IMG/VR virus record: IMGVR_UViG_3300033145_000777
Span: 17,183 to 81,182 of that record
DNA from: a virus
Length of the DNA stretch: 64,000 nt
Direction: 5' to 3' (one strand)
Positions within the stretch are counted from its first letter, which is position 1, and each line of letters starts with the position of its first letter. Shown here one piece after another: positions 10,019 to 20,312 of the stretch. Under the pieces are notes generated by a model that saw nothing but the letters and a program-made list of their open reading frames with translations, was not told where the DNA came from and did not search any database. Both the position numbers and the translations under genes were made by a program.

Positions 10019-11635
10019 ATGGGGTTTCCAGTAGGTCAACCAATATCAGTTAGGTATCATCACGGAACATCAGGAGTAACGCTTCTATGTAGAATAGCCG
10101 ATGAATCAGACGGCGTGTTTGGGGCTGAACTCACTATGACTGAGAACGCCGCTTTCCTGGCTGCCGGGTGGCCAGGAGTATATGAGACCATTTTCACACC
10201 TGATGCGGTGGGTAACTGGAAGGCGTACCTCAAATACGGTCCATACCGGATAGGTCAGCAATTCTTCCGGGTTGGGGAAGGTGATGGTTTACCTTTCACA
10301 GCGACAGCGAGTAGCACAACGACCCTGACGGATGCAGACCTACTTGATGTTGCGAATAACTACATTGGTCAGTACGCGGTTCCCCTCAGCGGGAACATGG
10401 CTGGGCAGGGCAGACTCATCACCGAGTATAACGATACAAACATGATCACTGTCTCACCTGCTTGGGCGGAAGACCCCGGCTCAGTGGACTTTGAGATAAG
10501 ACCCACCCCATTAGGGTCACTGCTTGGTGTTACACCCGGTTCTTGGTATGATGGGACGGCGCAGCAAAGCCTCGCAGATATGCCTGTCGTACAAGTTACC
10601 ATGACGGTGCAGAAGGAATCAAGAGTAGATCAAGCAAGTATGGTTGTAGCAACTTTGTCTCTCCACAACCTTAGAACTGATTCAGATAAAATACTGCAAC
10701 CTGAATACTCAGGGTTTGTTATTTACATCCAACGTTTCAGACCAGGAACTGATGCAGATTGGACTAACGTAGTTGCAGGAGGTGCATTAACTGGGGTTGC
10801 AGGATACGCTTATTATGATTATCACTTCCCTACCGCTAGTTGGAAGGATGGAGATTTAATCAGATATGCAATACAAGACGGTCAAATAGAAATTCCTGCT
10901 GGAAGTGGACAAACATTCTTTGTACCATATTTATTCGATTACGGTGTAATCGGTGGAACCAGCGCTCTTATTGAGATGAGTGGGCATCCTTTCCTCGGGG
11001 AATCAGATGATGCCACGGTTAACACCCTTACCTGTGCGGAGCTTACGGCTACTGCGGAGATGTATGTGGGTCAGATGCTTGTCCCGTTGGATGGTGCCTG
11101 TGTGCAGCAGGGACGGCTGATAATTGACTTCGATGAAACCACCGATGTTTTAACGGTGATGCCTGATTGGCCCAGTGACCCTGATGCAGTAGATGATATA
11201 CGGTTCACGATTATTCCCTCCCCGGTTAACGCCCTTATGGTAGCGGGTAAAGGACTTGAAGCAATCTTTGACATCGTTGACGACGTACCTGTTCTTGTCA
11301 GAGTAGGTGGGATTCATGATCAAAGTGACGCTGCGGGCACAGAGGATGATCTTGTTAAATATGATGCTCCTGGAGGGAACTGGAACCCAACCAAGTTCCT
11401 CATCGATCTCACAGAGATGGCGGCTGTTGATGACTTGGATGTAAAGGTGTACTACCGCATGACTGCGTTGGGTAACTATATCTTGGAGACCGATGAGAAC
11501 TTCATTAACGCACAAACCATAGACTGCAAAGTGTTCGATCTGCAACCTAACAGGTTCGGCATGAAGATTACGACTACTCAAAACGCGGGAGTGGCAAGGG
11601 ATTGGGATTGGGAAATGTACTCGGAGGAATCATAG
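10019..11635 (+). CDS. Putative virion/tail-associated protein with an internally duplicated domain
   Basis: Two copies of TLT...Y.GQ..VPL.G...QGRLI..(Y/F)...TV.P.W..DP. Confidence 0.55.
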   Translation: MGFPVGQPISVRYHHGTSGVTLLCRIADESDGVFGAELTMTENAAFLAAGWPGVYETIFTPDAVGNWKAYLKYGPYRIGQQFFRVGEGDGLPFTATASSTTTLTDADLLDVANNYIGQYAVPLSGNMAGQGRLITEYNDTNMITVSPAWAEDPGSVDFEIRPTPLGSLLGVTPGSWYDGTAQQSLADMPVVQVTMTVQKESRVDQASMVVATLSLHNLRTDSDKILQPEYSGFVIYIQRFRPGTDADWTNVVAGGALTGVAGYAYYDYHFPTASWKDGDLIRYAIQDGQIEIPAGSGQTFFVPYLFDYGVIGGTSALIEMSGHPFLGESDDATVNTLTCAELTATAEMYVGQMLVPLDGACVQQGRLIIDFDETTDVLTVMPDWPSDPDAVDDIRFTIIPSPVNALMVAGKGLEAIFDIVDDVPVLVRVGGIHDQSDAAGTEDDLVKYDAPGGNWNPTKFLIDLTEMAAVDDLDVKVYYRMTALGNYILETDENFINAQTIDCKVFDLQPNRFGMKITTTQNAGVARDWDWEMYSEES

Positions 11636-12358
11636 ATGTCATCTTCAATAAGTAGACAGAACAAGAAACTGTTAAAACAACTTGCGCCAGGGGCTCACCG
11701 GGAGAAAGTTTACCCATACGACACCCTCGGAGGCATAATTGTATGCGGGAACACGGTATGGGGTGACACCGTAAGCATTGTGCCAGTTGACGGCTTACTC
11801 GCTGGCTATGGATGGGAAGTGGGAGGTGACCCGTTACCATATCATATCGTAGGGTTTGACATAGTTAGTAAGTCTAACCCAACGGTTCAATATGTATTGA
11901 ATTTTATCAGACTCGTTAAAACTAGTGCTCAAGTACTTAACGTAGACAGTGGCTTAGGTGAGGCACCTGCTGACCGTATCTACGTTCCACTCACCGGAGG
12001 CTTTGAGGTTGATGATTGGGTGTGGGTTGTTGCTGATGATGAACTCGGAGGAGAACTCAGCCAGATTGACTCCATTGATCCAGATAACTATCTGGACATG
12101 GATGGTGACCTCGCGGCTCTCTATGCAACAGCTGAGAACGCGGTGGTGTACCTCGTGAGGAGGCTCACTTATGAAGGACAGTATCGAAGTATCTGGACGA
12201 GTTTCAGTGCAGCTAGTACAAAGGAAATGCAACATGTAACCCTCCACGCCGGTAGGGAGATGGAGGCAGGTGATGATTTGATTGCAAGGGGTATTAGCAG
12301 TGAAGCTGGTACGCCTGAGGTGTACGTCACTGTTGTATATGATGATCAAGCGGAGTAG
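11636..12358 (+). CDS. Putative virion structural protein
   Basis: Acidic beta-rich protein within tail module. Confidence 0.45.
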   Translation: MSSSISRQNKKLLKQLAPGAHREKVYPYDTLGGIIVCGNTVWGDTVSIVPVDGLLAGYGWEVGGDPLPYHIVGFDIVSKSNPTVQYVLNFIRLVKTSAQVLNVDSGLGEAPADRIYVPLTGGFEVDDWVWVVADDELGGELSQIDSIDPDNYLDMDGDLAALYATAENAVVYLVRRLTYEGQYRSIWTSFSAASTKEMQHVTLHAGREMEAGDDLIARGISSEAGTPEVYVTVVYDDQAE

Positions 12359-12369
12359 GTGGTGAGAAG

Positions 12370-12615
12370 ATGAGTATAATAGATTTTAAACAGATCGCGG
12401 CGGAGGCACTCATTGTCAGTAAGGAGCTTCGGCGGCTTGGCACTGAGATGCGTGTGTTCTGCACCAAAGTTGTGAACATTGAGGCTGAGGATAAGGATGG
12501 GGTTGAGACTGTGTTGAAACCCGAGGAGATGAAGACACGGTACATGGAGCTTCGGGCGCAGATTGCGGCGATTGAGTTCCCAACCAAAGTCACACCACCG
12601 GAGGTTGACCCATAA
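12370..12615 (+). CDS. Hypothetical protein
   Basis: GGTGGTG RBS; coupled to next gene. Confidence 0.55.
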   Translation: MSIIDFKQIAAEALIVSKELRRLGTEMRVFCTKVVNIEAEDKDGVETVLKPEEMKTRYMELRAQIAAIEFPTKVTPPEVDP

Positions 12616-14024
12616 TGGTGCTTGAAGAACATCTTGTCTGTGACCTCAGGATGAACGAAGGCAGCGGCACAGTCACCCGTGATCGGAGTGGGAATGATGC
12701 TAAGGGAACCTTCGGGGCAGGAGGCGAGGCTCCGTCATGGGCTGACGGAAAATGGGGTATAGGAAAAGCTCTATCCTTTGATGGTGGAGACATCCTCACA
12801 GTTAATGACTTAATCACATTACTTGCTGCCGTGGAATCTGGGGCTATTGAGGCATGGGCGAAAATTGACACCGACGCAGGAGCCAATGAGACTATATTCA
12901 GCGTGTCAAGGAACGTAAACGCCACTCTAACTGAACTACTAGTCCTATATAATACAGGTGGGGCTACCGATAACTTCATAATAGTGTTAAGAGTGGACGG
13001 GACAACTCAATGGTCGGCAGCGAGTGCCGTAGGTACTGTTGACCCGTATATTGGAGAATATGTTCACTTGGTTTTAACTCAAGATGGGATTGAGCCCACT
13101 TTGTCTATTAACGGGAACTTATCTCCGTTGATTTTTAGTGATGAGACTGATAAAACAGCGTGGTTTAAGGCATTGATAACGGATGCCGCCAGCCCATCTG
13201 ATGTGGCTACTGTTGGGGCGGTTATAAGAAATGGCGCCAAATCAATACACCTCACTGGTGATGTTCAGGTTCTCCGGGTCTATGATGCTGTGCCTTCTCC
13301 TCAGCAAGTTCGGGCGTTGTATGCGGAGGGACTCATTAAGCTCCGTGATGGTAGGGTGTTGGATATGCCTTTCAACGAAGGCTCAGGAACCGTGACAAGG
13401 GATAGAAGCCCATCAGACATTCAGGGTGTTTTGACTCCGGGGGCAGGAGGATGGGTAGAAGGAAGAAACGGGAGGCAGGCGATTGATTTCGATGGCGCCG
13501 ATACTAGGGTGAATTGTGGGAATCCGTCCTCTGTTGACAACATCTTTGATGGTGGTGGTTCGCTTAGTGTGTGGATTAACCCAGACTCAGATGGAGAAGC
13601 AGGATCAGGGAGAATATTCGATAAACGAGATCCGGGGTGGCTATGTCTTGTCAAATCCGAAGCTGGTGGAAAAGTTGAGGTTAGGCTACATCAGGACTTT
13701 GATATAACTGACGGGGTGTGGGACACAACATTCCCAATAGTTGTGATTGGAGAAGACACCCATTTGGTGATAACTTACGACAGCATGGATGTTGGAAATG
13801 ACCCGATTTTCTACATAAACGGAGTGTCATACACTGTAGACAATGGAATAACAGAGACAACCACTCCCGAGGGTTCTAGTGCGGATGACAGCACAAAGAG
13901 CCTTGGATTAGGTGGGAGGACAACTGGAACTAATGTTTTCGATGGCAAAATCGACTCACCCCTTCTTTATAAAAGAATTCTTTCTCCAAGAGAAGTTCGT
14001 GAACTGTACGAGGCGACAAAGTAA
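12615..14024 (+). CDS. Tandem LamG/ConA-like domain protein (putative receptor-binding)
   Basis: Two repeats beginning NEGSGTVTRDRS, with ALSFDG/AIDFDG and LS..EV..LY ends. Confidence 0.8.
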   Translation: MVLEEHLVCDLRMNEGSGTVTRDRSGNDAKGTFGAGGEAPSWADGKWGIGKALSFDGGDILTVNDLITLLAAVESGAIEAWAKIDTDAGANETIFSVSRNVNATLTELLVLYNTGGATDNFIIVLRVDGTTQWSAASAVGTVDPYIGEYVHLVLTQDGIEPTLSINGNLSPLIFSDETDKTAWFKALITDAASPSDVATVGAVIRNGAKSIHLTGDVQVLRVYDAVPSPQQVRALYAEGLIKLRDGRVLDMPFNEGSGTVTRDRSPSDIQGVLTPGAGGWVEGRNGRQAIDFDGADTRVNCGNPSSVDNIFDGGGSLSVWINPDSDGEAGSGRIFDKRDPGWLCLVKSEAGGKVEVRLHQDFDITDGVWDTTFPIVVIGEDTHLVITYDSMDVGNDPIFYINGVSYTVDNGITETTTPEGSSADDSTKSLGLGGRTTGTNVFDGKIDSPLLYKRILSPREVRELYEATK

Positions 14025-14288
14025 TGAGTTTCTTTGATACGTTTATCGCACCAAAACCGCTTAAAGACCAGCAACGGATTGTAAACTGGCCACCGTCAAT
14101 GGAGTTAGAGACTGTTAAGCACGATCAGGACTTAAGTATCCTGAAACATGATATAGTGTTGGTGATACCTGAATGACTTTAACAGTTCACATACGAGACG
14201 ACGACCTTCAATGTTTGGAATAGGAAGAGAGTTCCGTGAGAGGTATGTGCAGAGATTAAATTCATAGTCAAAAAGGAGAAAAGAAACA

Positions 14289-16064
14289 ATGGGTCGGCTG
14301 TCGAGTAACGTTATATCAGGACCCGGTACTTGGGGTATGACTACAGACCACTCAATCATCATGAACGTTATCCCGCAGGATCACATAGCAGACGCGAACC
14401 TTTGGTATGGCAGAGTAGTGGTAACAGACTTAGATGACGTTCAACATGACTTGACCCCCATGAACCTCAGCTCAAGCGACGTCCTGAAGCTGAACCTAGA
14501 TCACCTGAAAGCAGATGACTTTTACTTCTCCTTCGAGGACTACGCTGGTGACAAAAGAGATTGGCTGGAAAGAGGTTGTATGGTCGAGATATTCATCGAC
14601 AGGTTCACTCCTGCAACTACGTTGAGACTCTATGGGATGGTCGAGCTGGTAAATGAAACATGGCCGTTACCATCCACCGTCATAGTCACAGCTACTGGAC
14701 GAGATAAATTCAGCATATATTTAGATAGAGTAATAACTGAAACATACCTAGATAAAGAGGTCAGCGTTATCGTAAAAGACCTGTTAACATTATATGCTCC
14801 AGAGATTGACCAAACGAATATAGATGTAACGACGACAACTCTTGATGACGCCAGATTCCCATATCGTCCTCTAAAGGAAGTATTAAACTACCTAGCCACG
14901 GTCAGCGGGTTCACATATCGCTGTGACCCATCTCTTAACTTCTACTGGAAGAAAACGAAAACCGAGGACACTTTCATAACCTATCTCAACACGGACATGG
15001 ATGCAACCCCAGATAAAATATCAAGCCTCTACCCAATCAAAAACAGGGTATATGTGTTAGGCGGTGACTACATGGAGGTAGATCAGGAGTCTACTACAGT
15101 TGCTGCAACGAAGAACACAAAAGACTTCTGGTACGCCCAAAGATTTACCCCAGAACGCTCCAGCCTTAATCAAGTAAGTCTCCACCTAAAGAGAACAGGT
15201 GATCCAGATAACCTAGAGGGAGAGATAAGAAGCGATGACCCAGGCAATGGACCCTCCGAGGTTCTAGGAACTTTCACGATAGACGCAGATTTCATTGGCA
15301 CAACTGCAACATGGAGACCTACCCGAGTTGACGCCGATCTTCGTGTAGGCTTCGATTATTGGATTGTCTTGAGGAAAACCGGAGATGCTGCTAATAACTA
15401 TGAATGGTCAGATGATAACAACAACACTGGTGTAAACGCAAACTCAGGTAACGGTGTCGCTGGAAACTGGATCGTACAGGCTGCAAGCTACCTATTTGCC
15501 TTCAAAACACATTACTCTGTTCCAGTAATAGCTGTGAAACAGGACTACGACTCAGGGGAGAAGTACATAATATGGCGAGAACACGTTCACAGGGATGAAG
15601 CCATAGCATCACGGGCAGTAGCTAAACAGACAGCACAGGCATTACTCGATGAACTTGTAGACGAAACCCCTAGCATAAAATCATTGAACACCATAGACCA
15701 GGACACTGTCCCTGATCAAGGTAAACTAATCACCCTCGACTTGGAGCCTCTCAAAATAGACATGGTTCAATACCAAGTGAGACAGGTATCATTCGTCTTC
15801 AAGGGCGGTCAGGTAGGCACTCACTATATGGATGTTTTCCTCGGAAGATCATCAGAGGAATTAGATGAATGGCTTAACAGGCTACGACTCGACATAGACC
15901 GGATCAGCATCGGCTCCTTCGGAGTTGAAGAGGGACTTGTCCCAATGGTTGAGGCTATAGGCCCCGACGAGGCAACAGCAGGAGACTCCCTCAACCTCAC
16001 AGTAGTTGCTTCAGGGGCGTTTGAAATTGGCAGTGCTCGCATAGATTTCAGTGACATCTCATAG
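14289..16064 (+). CDS. Putative tail hub/baseplate protein
   Basis: TGRD, IVKDLL, IKNRVYVLGG hub-like pattern; inserted AQRFTP...LHLKRTG domain. Confidence 0.6.
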   Translation: MGRLSSNVISGPGTWGMTTDHSIIMNVIPQDHIADANLWYGRVVVTDLDDVQHDLTPMNLSSSDVLKLNLDHLKADDFYFSFEDYAGDKRDWLERGCMVEIFIDRFTPATTLRLYGMVELVNETWPLPSTVIVTATGRDKFSIYLDRVITETYLDKEVSVIVKDLLTLYAPEIDQTNIDVTTTTLDDARFPYRPLKEVLNYLATVSGFTYRCDPSLNFYWKKTKTEDTFITYLNTDMDATPDKISSLYPIKNRVYVLGGDYMEVDQESTTVAATKNTKDFWYAQRFTPERSSLNQVSLHLKRTGDPDNLEGEIRSDDPGNGPSEVLGTFTIDADFIGTTATWRPTRVDADLRVGFDYWIVLRKTGDAANNYEWSDDNNNTGVNANSGNGVAGNWIVQAASYLFAFKTHYSVPVIAVKQDYDSGEKYIIWREHVHRDEAIASRAVAKQTAQALLDELVDETPSIKSLNTIDQDTVPDQGKLITLDLEPLKIDMVQYQVRQVSFVFKGGQVGTHYMDVFLGRSSEELDEWLNRLRLDIDRISIGSFGVEEGLVPMVEAIGPDEATAGDSLNLTVVASGAFEIGSARIDFSDIS

Positions 16065-16115
16065 ACTTCTCGGATATAGGATAATTTTTTATATTGTCAA
16101 ATTTATGTTTAAATA

Positions 16116-16883
16116 ATGGCGAGAGATCCCAAAGGTAGATTTGTTAAAGGTCATATTCCTTGGATCAAGGGTAGAAAGGCGTCTGAGGAAACTAAGCAGA
16201 AACTTGTTGAAAGCCACAAGGGGCAGGTTCCTTGGAATAAGGGTGTAACAGGCTATACTACTTCATGGAAGGGTCGGAAACATTCTGAAGAAACTAAGCA
16301 AATATTGAAAGAAACCCGTAAGAGGCAGATATTCACTGACGAAACTCGGAAGAAAATGAGTGACACGAAGAAAAGAATGGGGAATGAACCTTTACTGAAT
16401 CACATTAAAGAACACGGTTCATGGAATAAGGGCTTGACCAAGGAAACGGATGACCGGGTAAAAAAATACGGGGAGTCTCAGAAGGGTAAGGTCATTTCTG
16501 AGGAGACTAGGCAGAAAAATCGTGAGGCCAGAATGAAACAGCGACTACCCAAAAAAGATACCTCTATTGAACTTGCCTTACAAAGGGGACTTGATGTGGT
16601 AGGCATTAACTATGACACCCATCTTCCAGTCTGTGGTATATGTCAACCTGATATAGTTTTTCCTGAAATGAAACTCGCAGTTTTTGCTGATGGGGATTAC
16701 TGGCATAACCTTCCCGGAAAAAGAGAAAAAGACTTAAAACAAAACCAAGTTTTGAAGGAGAACGGCTGGACAGTTCTCCGTTTCTGGGGACGTGAGATAA
16801 ATTCTGATATAGAGGGTTGTGTTAATAAGATTAGGAAACATATAGGCTTTCTCATCAGGGTAGACAAGGACATGATGAAATGA
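16116..16883 (+). CDS. Free-standing homing endonuclease: NUMOD3-like repeats + Vsr/DUF559 nuclease
   Basis: HSEETKQ and PWNKG repeats; PDIVF...AVFADGDYWH...GWTVLRFW. Confidence 0.8.
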   Translation: MARDPKGRFVKGHIPWIKGRKASEETKQKLVESHKGQVPWNKGVTGYTTSWKGRKHSEETKQILKETRKRQIFTDETRKKMSDTKKRMGNEPLLNHIKEHGSWNKGLTKETDDRVKKYGESQKGKVISEETRQKNREARMKQRLPKKDTSIELALQRGLDVVGINYDTHLPVCGICQPDIVFPEMKLAVFADGDYWHNLPGKREKDLKQNQVLKENGWTVLRFWGREINSDIEGCVNKIRKHIGFLIRVDKDMMK

Positions 16884-18403
16884 AGATAAAAGATAAAGTC
16901 AAGATGCGGGGACGATGTCGTTTCACGATAAGAGACGCCGAGACGGGAGAGATCGTTGAGCAGACTCCTTGGAGAGATAACCTAGTCACGGATGTCGGAG
17001 AAGAAATGTACGCCCAATTAATGAAGGGAGACACAATAGACCCATGCAATTACTGCGCCGTAGGCGATGATAACACACCAGCCGCCGAAGCCGACACAGT
17101 TCTAGGCTCTGAGCTAGGACGACTTGAGGTAACGGAAATAACCATCGCAGGCTCCGTTGTCACTTACAGCACATTCTTCGGGTCAGGCGACGCCAATGGT
17201 TGTTATGATGAGTTAACTGAATGTCTAACTGAGGGTGGCTGGAAATACATTAAAGATGTTCAAAAAGGAGAACAAATATTAACCTTAAATGAACAAGGAT
17301 GCCTGGAGTATCAACCTAACCTAAAAACCCATAAATATTCACACTCAGGAATCATGTATTCCTTACAGCGTCCTGGACGATTCAATCTTCTTATTACCCC
17401 AAAACACTGGTTAATCGTAAAGAATCATTCATGGCATGACCATATGAGAAGGTCAAAAATATTAACAGGGAGACAATGGCACCATGATTTATTTAAACCT
17501 GTAATGACCGAAAACTGTCTTCATGGAAAATGGGATATGATTAAATCAGGAGAATGGCATGGGGAAGAACCAGAGACCATTACTATTCCGGCTTTAAAAT
17601 ACAAAATGCAGGCGTGGAAAACAAAATATATAAAAGAGAAACCTGAAAGAAAATTTAAAACATCCCCCTTCCTAAAGCTGACGGCTTGGTATCTTTCAGA
17701 AGGTTCAGTTGATTATGGTACGACCGGTAATCCTAATAGAACTAAAATTAGTCAAATAAAAAAGGAAGAAAACCGACAAGAAATTGTTGAATTGTGTAAA
17801 GAATTAAAACTAAATTACTCAATAAACAAAAAAGGAATTAACATAAATGATAACCAGATAGCTACTTACTTTACCGCTTTTGGAAAAAACGCCCTGGAAA
17901 AAAGATCACCCTTATACATTAAACGATTATCCCAAAAACTAATTCAAGAGTTCCTCCACACATATATGAAGGGGGATGGCAATCTCAAAAAGAACTATCT
18001 TTTCACTTCATCACCGGCAATGAGAGATGATCTCCAAGAACTAGGCATCAAAGCAGGATATGGTGCAGACTATACTGCATACATATCTTCAAACAGCTTT
18101 TCTGAAAAAGAAAAATATACAATTCGATTATTAAAAGGAAAATCACACTTAGCTATTGGGCGTGGACACTCTTTAAAACCCGTGCCTTTTTCAGGGTTTG
18201 TATATTGTTTAGAGGTGCCTAACCATGTTTTTCTAGTTAGACGAGAAGGAAAAACGGTGTTTTGTGGAAACACATGGTGGGAAGTAGGTATGCTTAACGC
18301 AGCGGTAGGTGGAGTCCTAATTGCTCGTACCGTTCTAGGAGGCGCACAGGTAAAAAACGCAGCGAACACAGTGACGATAGATTATGAGCTTTCTGTTACT
18401 TGA
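16880..18403 (+). CDS. Small tail/collar-type structural protein (150 aa mature) with intein
   Basis: NLVTDVG, AVGDDNTPA..DT.L..ELGR, ANG|TWWEVGML, TIDYELSV. Confidence 0.75.
   Translation: MKIKDKVKMRGRCRFTIRDAETGEIVEQTPWRDNLVTDVGEEMYAQLMKGDTIDPCNYCAVGDDNTPAAEADTVLGSELGRLEVTEITIAGSVVTYSTFFGSGDANGCYDELTECLTEGGWKYIKDVQKGEQILTLNEQGCLEYQPNLKTHKYSHSGIMYSLQRPGRFNLLITPKHWLIVKNHSWHDHMRRSKILTGRQWHHDLFKPVMTENCLHGKWDMIKSGEWHGEEPETITIPALKYKMQAWKTKYIKEKPERKFKTSPFLKLTAWYLSEGSVDYGTTGNPNRTKISQIKKEENRQEIVELCKELKLNYSINKKGININDNQIATYFTAFGKNALEKRSPLYIKRLSQKLIQEFLHTYMKGDGNLKKNYLFTSSPAMRDDLQELGIKAGYGADYTAYISSNSFSEKEKYTIRLLKGKSHLAIGRGHSLKPVPFSGFVYCLEVPNHVFLVRREGKTVFCGNTWWEVGMLNAAVGGVLIARTVLGGAQVKNAANTVTIDYELSVT
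17201..18271 (+). mobile_element. Intein (357 aa) with LAGLIDADG-type endonuclease
   Basis: Starts CYDELTECLTEGGWK, block B LITPKH, AWYLSEGS and YMKGDG, ends VYCLEVPNHVFLVRREGKTVFCGN followed by Thr. Confidence 0.9.
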
Positions 18404-18416
18404 GGTTGATTTGATA

Positions 18417-18515
18417 ATGATAGTCGATACAGATAAAGAGAACAACGCATATTCTAATTTGGTGACGCTGTGTCCGAGGTGTCATGGGTTAGACATAGGA
18501 AAATCAATAAGTTGA
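18417..18515 (+). pseudogene. HNH endonuclease C-terminal remnant
   Basis: Translates MIVDTDKENNAYSNLVTLCPRCHGLDIGKSIS*. Confidence 0.6.
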
Positions 18516-18526
18516 GTGTGGTTTAG

Positions 18527-18892
18527 ATGGCTGAGAAAATAGGTGAACCAATTCCTCGGGAACTCTGGGATCTTCTGGAATTAAACCTTAAGATACGCGA
18601 CGAAGAGTATCAGATTAAAGGCTGGAGGGCAGCTGTTTTCCGTGAGTTTCTGATAAACGGTGCAGCCATGACCCCTGACGGGGTACATAGTTTTATCGCT
18701 GCAAACGGTATGTTCAAAATTGACTCTAAAACTGTGATTGAGTTCCTATTCAAACAAGAAGAAGAGGGGATGCTCACAAGCCGTAGAGAACCCAGCGCAA
18801 AAACTCCGCATAAATCTAGACTGGTTTTTGTTTCAGCGTTTCACCCAGAGATGATTCAGTATCAAATGATAAAACACAAGGAGGAGAACTAA
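18527..18892 (+). CDS. Hypothetical protein (possible winged helix)
   Basis: 121 aa ORF; helix-then-wing-like C-terminus. Confidence 0.45.
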   Translation: MAEKIGEPIPRELWDLLELNLKIRDEEYQIKGWRAAVFREFLINGAAMTPDGVHSFIAANGMFKIDSKTVIEFLFKQEEEGMLTSRREPSAKTPHKSRLVFVSAFHPEMIQYQMIKHKEEN

Positions 18893-18893
18893 G

Positions 18894-19544
18894 CTGCCAG
18901 GACAAAAGTGGATTACTGGAGATGTTATTACCTTCGCTCGTATGAATCAGAAAACCCTCATAGTTCAAGCTGCAGAGCCCACAATTATGTATGTGGGCAT
19001 GTGCTGGTTTGATGTAGATGATGATAGATTGAAGGAGAGGAATGCAGCTAACGCTGCATGGATAGAACGCCCAGGCGTCACTCTGACAGCTACTATCTCG
19101 GGTCTTTGGACTTTTGACCGTGGGGCTGCTGTCCCATTCGCTGTGGATGCAGCGAGCCTGAAGGTTACGAACCTTGACGCTGACAAGGTAGATGGACAGC
19201 ACAGAGTTCTTAACATTAATGCTGACCATGACCATGAGGGCGCAGGTGCAGAGGGCGGAACCCTTGACGTTGCCGCTATTGCCTCAGGGATCCTTAGTGT
19301 GGCGAGGGGAGGAACAGCACTCGCCGCGTATGCACAGGGAGGAATACTATACATTTCAGGTGCAAACACCCTCTCAAGGTTAGCCCCAGCCGCAGCTAAC
19401 CGGGTGTTGAGATCAACTGGAGCGAATGCACTTGAGTTCGGAGTCCTTGTTACAGCAGACATTCCCACCCTCACTATAGCCAAACTCTCAGATCACAACA
19501 AAGCAAACCATGATTCACTGTTGATTTATGCGAGGTATGCTTAA
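18894..19544 (+). CDS. Tail fibre-like protein, probable CTG start
   Basis: GAGGAG RBS before CTG; WITGDVITFARMN, NLDADKVDG and LSVARGGT fibre motifs. Confidence 0.7.
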   Translation: MPGQKWITGDVITFARMNQKTLIVQAAEPTIMYVGMCWFDVDDDRLKERNAANAAWIERPGVTLTATISGLWTFDRGAAVPFAVDAASLKVTNLDADKVDGQHRVLNINADHDHEGAGAEGGTLDVAAIASGILSVARGGTALAAYAQGGILYISGANTLSRLAPAAANRVLRSTGANALEFGVLVTADIPTLTIAKLSDHNKANHDSLLIYARYA

Positions 19545-19559
19545 GAGGACTTGAATAGT

Positions 19560-19988
19560 ATGCCGTTTGTCTGGACCCAGAACATCGCAGTCGATGCCCT
19601 AATAGAAGCAGCTGACGTCAATGAGGTCAAAACCAACCTTGATTCCATTTACACAGCCTTGGGGATCACTAGAGGGGGATGTGGGGCTGGAGGAGGATGG
19701 GTTGAACTCCCCGTAGGAGTTGGTGACTTGATTGAGTCAGCTGACTTTCAGGAGATGAGGGATGTCACTGACTTTGCCTACGACAACAGGTGTCCCTCTT
19801 TTGATGCCGCTGATTTTGGGTCTGATGAGGCAGTGCATGATGAAGGCGTCGATGTTGGAGATAACACGGGTTATAATAGTGACGACGACTCAAGCTATGA
19901 CGATAATGATCACGGCACTTATGAGTCAGGACACGATACAAGCGTTAATGATTACGATGACGACTCATTTAATGATATAAACGTGTAA
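19560..19988 (+). CDS. Asp/Asn-rich tetrapeptide-repeat protein A (candidate radical SAM substrate)
   Basis: MPFVWTQNIAVDALIEAAD N-terminal motif present twice; DNRC then 15 tetrads. Confidence 0.8.
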   Translation: MPFVWTQNIAVDALIEAADVNEVKTNLDSIYTALGITRGGCGAGGGWVELPVGVGDLIESADFQEMRDVTDFAYDNRCPSFDAADFGSDEAVHDEGVDVGDNTGYNSDDDSSYDDNDHGTYESGHDTSVNDYDDDSFNDINV

Positions 19989-20003
19989 GGTGGAAATGAA
20001 AAA

Positions 20004-20300
20004 ATGCCGTTTGTTTGGGTGCAGAACATCGCCGTAGACGCATTAATCGACTCAGCTGACTTGGCGGAGATTCGAACTAATGTAGATTGGGTGGAAGATA
20101 ACAAATGTGCTGCCCATGATACAGGGCATGATTTAACAAATCATGGTCCCGTTGATAATGGGGATGATGCACCCGTGAACGTCGGAGAAGATGGCACCTA
20201 TGACTCTGGAGATAATGACGGATATGATGGCACAAAAAACGCTGGTGCTAACTCTGGGGAAGATGGCAGTTACAATAATGGAGACAACAACGTCGTTTAG
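20004..20300 (+). CDS. Asp/Asn-rich tetrapeptide-repeat protein B, paralog of A
   Basis: MPFVWVQNIAVDALIDSAD; DNKC then 15 x-[D/N]-x-x tetrads. Confidence 0.8.
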   Translation: MPFVWVQNIAVDALIDSADLAEIRTNVDWVEDNKCAAHDTGHDLTNHGPVDNGDDAPVNVGEDGTYDSGDNDGYDGTKNAGANSGEDGSYNNGDNNVV

Positions 20301-20312
20301 AAGGTAAATAAA

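Noticed and set aside
10019-20300. Diversity-generating retroelement acting on tail genes
   Set aside because: No reverse transcriptase and no template/variable repeat pair with A-specific mismatches noticed
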